A stretch of 64,000 bases of DNA, from contig OX597815.1 in assembly GCA_951406725.2 (NCBI GenBank), forward strand, positions 154,628,001 through 154,692,000, written 5' to 3'. Positions within the stretch are counted from its first letter, which is position 1, and each line of letters opens with the position of its first letter. The translations under genes and the position numbers were made by a program. Below, in pieces: positions 54,261 to 64,000 of this stretch. The notes beneath the pieces were generated by a model. It worked only from the letters and a program-made list of their open reading frames with translations, searched no databases and was not told where the DNA came from. Source of the DNA: Octopus vulgaris (Eukaryota).

Positions 54261-56149
54261 ACAAATACTTTCTCTATATCTCTCACTCCTTCATACACAC
54301 GTATACATATATGAGTATATTCGGAACTATATATATATGTTATATGTTTCTTTCCTATTTAGAGTAACTGTTCTTTTTTTTTTCTCAGTTTCATGACGGT
54401 GTTAAATTATTCAGTTTTTTTGAAGCTGGAATTATATAAAGACACATATTTAAGATATAATGTCACTAAATACAAGACTATTGAAATATATTGATTATAT
54501 TTCTGGCAAAGAAATCGAACAAAGTTTGATATCCCTTAGAATATATTATCGAAAACAAAAATAACAAGAAACAACGTAAGTATGGACACCTTTCAGTGAA
54601 AAAGTTGGTTATATCCTAACACAAAATGCGTGCGCTATTTTTCCATAAGATTTGAAATTCATATAAGAAAAGTGTGCTTTGATATTTAAATGATAAAGCA
54701 AAAGTTTTCCCGCAGGATATTAAATTTCTATATATCACTATAGACTTATTAAATATTCCCTAAGGACATTCTAGTTTGTAAATCATGTTTTCTCTCCAAT
54801 AAATGTTAATATGGATATTTAAAGGCGCACGCAATTAATGGTGCAGCTTATGCTATCTCACAGTTAAATTTCTTGCATTCGTTGATAATTTTCATTTAGA
54901 CACACTCCACCTTTCTTTGAAATAGCTACTGTACTGTATATATACATATATTTGACTATAGAAAATTACGTCTTTTCGGCAAAGTTATAAGTTTTCTGTA
55001 TTCAGAATTTACATCCAAAACATTTCGTTGCGCACTAGCTAAATATACGATGACTACAAGAAATATCTCAGCTACGCTATGAAAGGTTATGATATTATTA
55101 CAAAAGACCATGAAAATACAAATCTATTGCTTACTTAAAGGTCCACCCCATGTTGACAAACGCTATGTTTGTCCACCGAACCTCAGTTATGAACATCTAT
55201 AGTTATCTCACAATATGTTTTATACCCTGTTCCGGCAGCAGCTAGAACTGCATCTCTCCAAAGCTATTTTCCTGCTTGCTTTTAGAAGGTGAATATATAG
55301 CGGCATAAGCGGTGCGCTGCTAGAGCTTCCGTAATATATTTAGTTTTTGCGTCTCACAGTCTCTCCGGGTAAAAGCTCATCATTAACATAGTCAGACAGA
55401 CGTCCCATGACTAGCTCGTATTTTCAGGATTGAAAGATACTTTAATCCCCAACAATTACGAATACTCTGTAATGCTCATGTAAAGTCAATGGTGGAGTAC
55501 TTCTCTACCATCTGAATACACACAGTTACCCATGTCCAAATCCAGAAAAAGCCAATCCAAACAATTGGCGTGCATATATCAGTTTTAAGTTCTAATTTCA
55601 ATAAAATCACGTCAAGTGATCTGAGGTTGCAATGTATCACTTGACGCAGAATAAAATCAGCGATGAAAAGTATCCAATTCCTTACCTACAGCGCCTTTTC
55701 CTACATTTCCATTCATAATGATATAGCAGAATTCACTACTTTCGATTTGGGTAATAATTGGTTGGACTGATGTTCGACCAAGCAACTACTGCGCGGCAAG
55801 GCGAAAGTTCAATAAATTCAACACTTAGAGCATTCTTCAGGCTGTATTCTCTCTTCCAAAATATTGCATACCGCCATGTTCAGTTCTACAATGAATGGAC
55901 CAATATAAAATGGAGGTTTATAAAGCAATTTGCATCGCATTGAGACATATTTATAAATAGAGTTCTGATATATATTTAGCGGGCGGGACATAGTCAGAAA
56001 ATTCTGTATCCCAGATTGTCCAATTTCTGTGGGATTCTTTCGTTATGCTGTTGAAATACCATCAACCATCTAAACCTTCAGATTTATCTCAAGTATTGTG
56101 ATTATATTGTCGACAATTTCGAGCATCAAAATCAAAATATGTACTCTAT

Positions 56150-56900
56150 CATGGAGATAAAGTATAAAATGAATTTAATAATGCAGCACTCCTCTACAAG
56201 CTTAGAAAATTAAATGGATGAGAATATTATCAAAAATTCTGTTTAACTCAAACTAGCTGCGCTGAATTCGATGTTTTGCAACAGACGTTTTGTGAGAGAC
56301 ATCATATAATAATAACAATTATTAATTGTGCGTCAATGAAAATTAGCCTATACTCACTGCAAACAAGAATGGGGCGGTTTTTATGTTATTCATTACAGAG
56401 TTCCCTAGTGAGAATTTGATTTTTTTTCTTTTTGCTTGAAGTGCAGAGGATACTGGAAATAGGTCGCTGGTAAATCTCTCATTTGCTAAAATCCAACATT
56501 TGCTAAAATCTATTGTAGTTGTTGTGTTAGGTATTATTGTCATACACTCTTCTGTAGCACAGACAGCACATTCTGTTTTCCTCTTTTACATTTTCTCAAA
56601 TGACACCCCTCCTAGCAGCATTGTTAATAATTCGGAACTCACCCGTGTCATTGAGAGATGCCAAATAATCATCTGTAATCCACACTCGATGGCACACAAG
56701 AGAGGTCTGGAAGCTCTGAATAAGAACGTGCCGGAGCTGTATGACGATAGATTTCAAACTAGATGGATAGCAATGCTGTTGCCAAGCTTTGACAGTGGTT
56801 CAAAATTAACGAAATCCGATGAATTCGTGCCTTTATTAAATTGCCATTGTTTTCGATGAAAGTTAAAATCGAAAAAATATCTAAACATAACAATCGTCTA
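56150..56900 (+). mobile_element. Possible decayed Jockey/CR1-like RT fragment
   Basis: LLYKL at ~56188 and SVAQTAHSVFLFYIFSNDTP (cf. GVPQGSVLxPxLFxIxxNDxP) in ORF 56500-56859. Confidence 0.35.
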
Positions 56901-57377
56901 ATTTTTTTTACGGAAGATTTGTTAAAATTTCGAGAGAAAAATTTCCTTAAACAGTATGGCGCCATTGATTTATCTTCCATCATTGTAAATAGAAGACGAA
57001 TTTGCATCAGTATTCCTTAGTCTGCAAATGTATTAACTGAAACACACAATTCGCTATGCGAACAAGTGCTTGAGTAACTTTATGAACTGGCTCCTGTCGC
57101 AGGAACTTTAGGGAAATAGTGACCGCTGCAGGTCAATGCATATTCTGATTTACTATTCTGTAGAATTAGTTCATTGTCCAGAAGAATTTTCAGATGTGTT
57201 GTATTTCACACTGACATTTAGCTAAAATTAGATCTTTAATCGTATTACAGCATGATGTAGACCAACTCTGAAGTAGTATACGTCAGCAGTTTATAAACTT
57301 ATGCCACGTCATAGAAAGGAAAACTAACTTCTGTAACTGCACTGAGAGATAGTATACAGTTATATTCAGAATTCCAG

Positions 57378-57607
57378 CGGCGAGCTGGCAGAAACGTTAG
57401 CACGCCAGGCGAAATGCGTAGCCGTATTTCGTCTGTTGTTACGTTCCGAGTTCAAATTCCGCCGAGGTCGACTTTGCGTTTCATTCTTTCGGGGTCGATA
57501 AATTAAGTGCCACTTACGCACTGAGGTCGATATAATCGACTTAATCCCTCTGTCTGTCCTTGTTTGTCTCCTCTGTGTTTAGCCCCTTGTGGGTAGTAAA
57601 GAAATAG
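57378..57607 (+). mobile_element. Intact SINE family B with a 16-bp target-site duplication
   Basis: A-box-like tggcagaaacgttagc, B-box gagttcaaattcc, central gtcgactttgcgtttcattctttcggggtcgataaattaagt (resembles Meta/Nin-type SINE domains); atattcagaattccag duplicated at 57362-57377 and 57608-57623. Confidence 0.95.
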
Positions 57608-58387
57608 ATATTCAGAATTCCAGTAACGCCAACGGACGTTCAGTTTCGAATTAAACTAATTTAATCATATCAGACAATGTATCTCAAGGACATGCATTGA
57701 CATTTGCTAGATGGTACCTTGAGAAGTACTGCGTTTCTTAATGGCTGAATTTATTTAGGATAGTGAAGAGCAGTGGAAGCACTTATAATCTTCCGATTGA
57801 CGTTGGTAAAATTAAAAAACCAGCGTGTATCCTGAGGTACTGACACAGGTCATTATCCCAAAGTTATGAAAGGGAAAAATCAAATATGATATCAGATAGG
57901 GCTATCAAAACACTTGGTATTTTTCTTTATCACTACATCTCTTGTATATATTTTACTTGGTTCAGTGATTGTACAATGATCATGCTATGGCAACACCCTG
58001 ATGGATTTAGTTGAGCAGAGTTGAGCAGAGTTGAGCAAATAGCCACCAATGCTTATATCATGATAGCTGTATCGATTACATACCTTGGCAAGGAGGCAAG
58101 GAGACTGAAAAGCCAATGTTTCGAATAAAATTATATTGCATGGTAATAGTTATGTCCACTTAGAAAATTTCTTGATAATAATAGTGATGCAGTAACTAAT
58201 CTGCTATTAATTTATTGGTTTCAAGCAATAGGCTACAGCCATCTTGGTGTACATTCTTCAAACTTCAGGTATTCATATCAACTCCATTACCTGCAACATT
58301 TAGGCACTTAAAGTTACTGGATATAATTATAAACAACACCAGTTTTTAGAAAGTAAGCATAGACATAGCCAACAAAGACACTGTCTT

Positions 58388-58444
<57 letters not shown>

Positions 58445-59761
58445 CATATGTATGTATTTGCCATGAGTATAAGGGTCTTGTCTAACCTTCCGTGCTAGAG
58501 GACTAGCCTGGAAACATGGGAGTGCGAGACATACACCTTGACAGAAGTGCCAGTACCTGCTGCGATAGTAAATATTTTACAGAATAGAATTTCAGGAAAG
58601 AAAATGCTACAGAAAATGCACAAATAGTTAATTCTTTACTAGAGGATAAATTAAAAAGAAAATAGAACCTAATACTGAAGTTTGAAAAAATATACTTTTT
58701 ATAAGAGAGATGTATATAATGCAAAAATTATATAATGAAAATTATGCAATATCAATATGATAAAGATGTATGTAATGTCAAAATTTGCAATGAGGTTTTG
58801 CCAAAAGCATATGTATGCTAATGGTTAAATGAAAGAAAATGTTGGAACAGCGGTAGGTCGTCTAAAGTATTAAAGGATTTATAACCGTATTGGAATTCTG
58901 CAGATAGATTTGGTACATTTTCTTTGAGTTATTTTTTCTATAGTAAGTATATTTTTGGATTACAATGAAAGTTTCCTTTAAAATGGTGGAAGCAAAACTT
59001 TCACTTACGCAAGAATGATGAAATTGTGTGAATTTTAGTTTCGAGAAATCTACCAAAAATAACGTCAGAACTATAAGCTTTTCATGCTTCAACATTATGA
59101 TACAGATTTGTAGAGGGAGAAATAAGCAGAAAAATGTAAAATAAGGCATAGAAATGTAAATTATTTTAAAAACATCACATCGTAAGAACTAGAGGGGAAT
59201 TTGCCAAAGAAATATTTAGGCTTCAAAGGATGGAAGCCAGCTACAACTTCCGAGAATGAAAGGGAATATCTTCTGAAAGGATTTCGTGTAGACAGCTTGC
59301 AGACGTTTAAAAGAATCCACGGATTCTAACAGAATTAAAATATGATGATAATGTTTGTATTTCTGTCAAACTTCCAGCTGCTGTTGTTTAACGTTCTTAA
59401 AAAAGAGAAAAGTATTCAGGAAGGCATTTTAATTTTAACTACTTCATTCTAATGACATTTAAATTTTTATTGCTAATTTATTTTACACCTGTTCTACAAA
59501 AGGCAACGGGTAGGCCTCTACATCATGGCCAGTTGATTTGCTAGCCATAAGAGCCAAGTGAACATCGGTAAGTGATGTAGTTCTAGATATGCAATGGGAA
59601 AGAAAAGGATGAGTGACAAGAATGGAATACAATGGTAATAAGTCTTCACATTTATGGCTGATCTAGTAAACCGGCACTAAATAACAGCAATAAACTTATA
59701 TGTTTATATTCACGAAATTTACATATTTATATACACGAAAATAATGATATATTACAAACAT

Positions 59762-59985
59762 TATCCTTCTCGAGTCATATCGACACATAAGGGCCATTTC
59801 CCGGTTTCCATGGCATATATATTTCCCACCTGGACCGGACGCCGGACCACCACAGGATTACTCATTTTGGGCTGTTGAGTGGTCTGCAGCGACATAAAAT
59901 GAAGTGTTTTGCTCAAGAACACAAGGCGTCACTCGGTTGGGAATCGAAACCACAATCTCACGATCATGCGTCCAACACTCTAGCC
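59762..59985 (-). mobile_element. SINE family C, 5' head cut by the tandem array
   Basis: Plus strand gggaatcgaaacc (B box, reverse), gtgttttgctcaagaacac, cctggaccggacgcc; ends at cactctagcc where the array begins. Confidence 0.75.
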
Positions 59986-60443
59986 CCTTCGTGGGCTGTC
60001 TAGAGTAAACATTATCTGAGAGAAATTTTCTTTAAGTTGTAGAAATGCTAAGAACATTTTTTTTGGCTGCTATTTCTACTAAGTTCAGTATGTGGCAAAG
60101 TAATTTATCTTACTAAGCCCTAATTATACAATGTAAAATTTTGAATTCGCCTTAAATGGTCCATTTACATACTGAACACTTGGTGAAATTGATTAATTAA
60201 TTAATTTTACCCTCAATTGTTGATATTATAATTCATTTCTCTCGGTCATACTGCCTCGGTTCTCGCGGTTAAAATATAATGTTTGCTAGATAGACCACGT
60301 GGGTGGGAGCGGATTGAAGATATTTACGCCTGCGCATTTTGAATTTGTTGACACTGTTAGTCGGAGTGGTTCATCTGAAGCGATAACTTCGCTGATAGGT
60401 AAAGTTCCTTCTTTTTAGTGTTTCCAAATCCAAATTAAGAAAT

Positions 60444-60506
60444 TTTGAGCTGACGATAGAAATGCTGATTTTATTTGGCTAATCTTGAAACGTTGACGTA
60501 CTCAAA
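60444..60506 (+). ncRNA. Type I hammerhead ribozyme motif, array unit 1
   Basis: Stem I tttgag/ctcaaa; CTGACGA; imperfect 30-nt stem II (aga/tct and gctga/ttggc); GAAA; stem III acg-ttga-cgt; GUA triplet at 60498-60500. Confidence 0.72.
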
Positions 60507-61006
60507 CGATCTATGTACTTGTGATATTTTTCTGTATTTACCTCCAAACCTTCGTGGGCTGTCTAGAGTAAACATTATCTGAGAGAAATTTTCTTTAAGT
60601 TGTAGAAATGCTAAGAAAATTTTTTTTGGCTGCTATTTCTACTAAGTTCAGTATGTGGCAAAGTAATTTATTTTACTAAGCCCTAATTATATAATGTAAA
60701 ATTTTGAATTCGCCTTAAATGGTCCTTTTACATACTGAACACTTGGTGAAATTGATTAATTAATTAATTTTACCCTCAATTGTTGATATTATAATTCATT
60801 TCTCTCGGTCATACTGCCTCGGTTCTCGCGGTTAAAATATAATGTTTGCTAGATAGACCACGTGGGTGGGAGCGGATTGAAGAAATTTACGCCTGCGCAT
60901 TTTGAATTTGTTGACACTGTTAGTCGGAGTGGTTCATCTGAAGCGATAACTTCGCTGATAGGTAAAGTTCCTTCTTTTTAGTGTTTCCAAATCCAAATTA
61001 AGAAAT

Positions 61007-61069
61007 TTTGAGCTGACGATAGAAATGCTGATTTTATTTGGCTAATCTTGAAACGTTGACGTACTCAAA
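61007..61069 (+). ncRNA. Type I hammerhead ribozyme motif, array unit 2
   Basis: Identical to 60444-60506; GUA at 61061-61063. Confidence 0.72.
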
Positions 61070-61568
61070 CGATCTATGTACGTGTGATATTTTTCTGTAT
61101 TTACCTCCAAACCTTCGTGGGCTGTCTAGAGTAAACATTATCTGAGAGAAATTTTCTTTAAGTTGTAGAAATGCTAAGAAAATTTTTTTGGCTGCTATTT
61201 CTACTAAGTTCAGTATGTGGCAAAGTAATTTATTTTACTAAGCCCTAATTATATAATGTAAAATTTTGAATTCGCCTTAAATGGTCCTTTTACATACTGA
61301 ACACTTGGTGAAATTGATTAATTAATTAATTTTACCCTCAATTGTTGATATTATAATTCATTTCTCTCGGTCATACTGCCTCGGTTCTCGCGGTTAAAAT
61401 ATAATGTTTGCTAGATAGACCACGTGGGTGGAAGCGGATTGAAGAAATTTACGCCTGCGCATTTTGAATTTGTTGACACTGTTAGTCGGAGTGGTTCATC
61501 TGAAGCGATAACTTCGCTGATAGGTAAAGTTCCTTCTTTTTAGTGTTTCCAAATCCAAATTAAGAAAT

Positions 61569-61631
61569 TTTGAGCTGACGATAGAAATGCTGATTTTATT
61601 TGGCTAATCTTGAAACGTTGACGTACTCAAA
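61569..61631 (+). ncRNA. Type I hammerhead ribozyme motif, array unit 3
   Basis: Identical to 60444-60506; GUA at 61623-61625. Confidence 0.72.
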
Positions 61632-61909
61632 CGATCTATGTACTTGTGATATTTTTCTGTATTTACCTCCAAACCTTCGTGGGCTGTCTAGAGTAAACAT
61701 TATCTGAGAGAAATTTTCTTTAAGTTGTAGAAATGCTAAGAAAATTTTTTTGGCTGCTATTTCTACTAAGTTCAGTATGTGGCAAAGTAATTTATTTTAC
61801 TAAGCCCTAATTATATAATGTAAAATTTTGAATTCGCCTTAAATGGTCCTTTTACATACTGAACACTTGGTGAAATTGATTAATTAATTAATTTTACCCT
61901 CAATTGTTG

Positions 61910-61940
<31 letters not shown>

Positions 61941-62217
61941 CATTATTTACATTATTTACGTAATGTCTATATAATAGAGAGAAAACACCAATGGAAAATA
62001 TGAAAATTAAAAGAGAGAGCACATATGATAAGACATAATGACGTCTTAAGTAAACCTAGCGGTATTAAGCAAGGATAGGAAAATATTAGACTTATAAACT
62101 CTGCATCAGCTGAAGCGTTGTGTTAACAACAAACAAAATTAGGACAAATATTCGTGAATTGTAAATAATGTAAATAATGTTCATATCTAGTTCTCAAATA
62201 TAGAACTATATATGTGT

Positions 62218-62264
<47 letters not shown>

Positions 62265-62278
62265 TATGGACTCATTAT

Positions 62279-62370
<92 letters not shown>

Positions 62371-62691
62371 TATATGAACTCTCTATTGACACTTCCATGT
62401 ACGCACACATGCAATCACGCAAATACAAGCACCTATTACTATAGCTGCTGACCTCCCAGATCGACAGTATCACACACGGACACAGACTCTACAACACGCA
62501 CACACCACCCACCACCAACGCACACGCTACCACATACACAAGCTACCACACATAAAGATACCAAGCATCTTCACATTCTCCTGTCTCAGAAAGAACTTTC
62601 TCTTCCTCCTTCAGAAATGTAACCGCTCGTGTGCTGTTAGCAAATTTTCCTCCTTCTCCCTTCATTCTCTTTGAACTTTCCTGCTCTCCTT

Positions 62692-62726
62692 GTTTCCGAC
62701 AAAGAGCTATGCTTGAAACGTAACTA
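62692..62726 (+). ncRNA. Degenerate minimal hammerhead-like motif in pLTR-like sequence
   Basis: ccgacaa-a-gagc-tat-gctt-GAAA-cgta; core damaged and stem I poor. Confidence 0.3.
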
Positions 62727-62919
62727 TGTTCAATTTGCGAGCATCAAAATAAATTGTTCGTGCTAAATCCTCACGTTTGATTCTTTTATTCTTTTTTCAT
62801 TCTTTCTCTGTTTTCTTTTATTTTTGGGTTTGAACATGTATAGTAAAAAAGGAAAAAAATTTTTTCGTGCAAATCTGACCCTGATACATACGATACAGCT
62901 AAGGGTCAGACCCGATTCT

Positions 62920-63410
62920 GATTGGTCAACAAGTTGATGACGTCTAGCTCTGCTAGAATGGACAGGATACAAATAGGGGACAGTCATTAGTCAGAATATT
63001 GATGACGTCCTTTTCTGCTTGAATAGTCACCTAACAAGTACAGACAGGGGGCAGATCTAATGTAGCTATAAGTCGTGATTGGGCAGAATCTGGATGACGT
63101 CCCGCTCTGCTTGACTAACGAAGCGACTGGTCAAAACAGGAAACAAACAAGAGGCAGATATAATGCAGCGATTGGTCAAAATAATGATGACGTCCCGTTC
63201 TACTTGACTAACGAAGCGACTGGTCAAAACAGGAAACAAACAAGAGGGAGTTATAATGCAGCGATTGGTCAAAATAATGATGACGTCCCGTTCTACTTGA
63301 TTAAAGCCACCTAACGAAACGATTGGTCAAAACATTGATGACGTCACGCTACGCTAGATTGACCACCTAACAGGCATTATAAAACCGAGCATTTCACAAA
63401 AACTCACTAG
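62920..63410 (+). promoter_or_regulatory. Pol II promoter-like array: six ATTGG-N10-GATGACGTC modules, TATA box and Inr-like motif
   Basis: Modules at 62920, 62985 (attag variant), 63077, 63170, 63263 and 63321; three lie in a 93-bp tandem repeat; TATAAAA at 63378-63384; TCACT at 63404-63408. Confidence 0.6.
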
Positions 63411-64000
63411 AACCACCCAGCGAACTTCCACCATGGGTCATCACAATTGCTTAAGGTAAAAATGAATTCCTCGCTCTTTCGGAAACATCAATCTTCTGTA
63501 TTGACCGCTTTCCACCACTTTGATCTGTTTTTTGTATTGAATACGTATCGCCACCGTGGGCCACTGCATCGAACACTTTGAACATATACTTCAAACTATA
63601 TATCAACTATACATGAACTCTAAGATGTCTGACTCCGTTGTGTATTATAAATGAATTTCTTGTGTTTGACGGCATGAGCTGTCTTTTTTTATATATAACT
63701 TTTTTTTGATAAGGTTCATTTCAGGAACTGAAACATGTTATAATGTATATATAAAAATTAAAAATTGTATAATACAGCAGCATTTTCGAACTTCATTTTT
63801 TACAAATATATACCTACTCGTATACGAGCTAATCCTATTATAAATATCATATCACGTACGAGCTCCCGAAAATGCCTGCTAAAAAAGACACCAACGACAT
63901 CTCCTCAATAAATGAAGAGATACTGAAAGAATTGAAAAGCATAAATTCAAACCTAACAGCAGTGTTAAACAAACTCAACTTAACACCTTGACCTTCTACA

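Larger units (their letters stand above)
59986..61913 (+). repeat. Tandem array of ~3.4 copies of a 562-563-bp unit, about 99% identical
   Basis: Units start ccttcgtgggctgtctagag at 59986, 60549, 61112 and 61674; only a handful of substitutions; ends in (TA)n. Confidence 0.98.

Noticed and set aside
63075-63314. 79-aa ORF with 31-aa repeats
   Set aside because: By-product of a 93-bp tandem repeat; conservation centres on DNA motifs (ATTGG, TGACGTC) rather than codons.

Overview
AT-rich eukaryotic genomic DNA, almost entirely repeat-derived and rich in microsatellites. I can support no intact host protein-coding exon, and most ORF-track entries are microsatellite artefacts. The tRNA-derived SINE families resemble those of octopods, so this is probably an Octopus intron or intergenic region (inference). 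It contains a full-length but dead Tc1 element, mariner and Tc1 MITEs, several R4/Dong-type (REL endonuclease) and Tx1/L1-type LINE remnants, three SINE families and Penelope-like fragments. The most notable signal is a set of type I hammerhead ribozyme (HHR) motifs in at least three unrelated repeat families. (i) A ~99%-identical 563-bp tandem array (59986-61913) has one HHR per unit, resembling a retrozyme or tandem pLTR. (ii) A 745-bp fold-back palindrome (26162-26906) is built from a terminally redundant ~351-bp unit carrying an HHR in each arm, with a related inverted fragment at 12609-12815. (iii) A minus-strand HHR with a ~100-nt stem II and a CCGAAGA core lies at 34289-34415. The window ends in a promoter-like array of six fixed-spacing CCAAT/CRE modules followed by a TATA box and an Inr-like motif.
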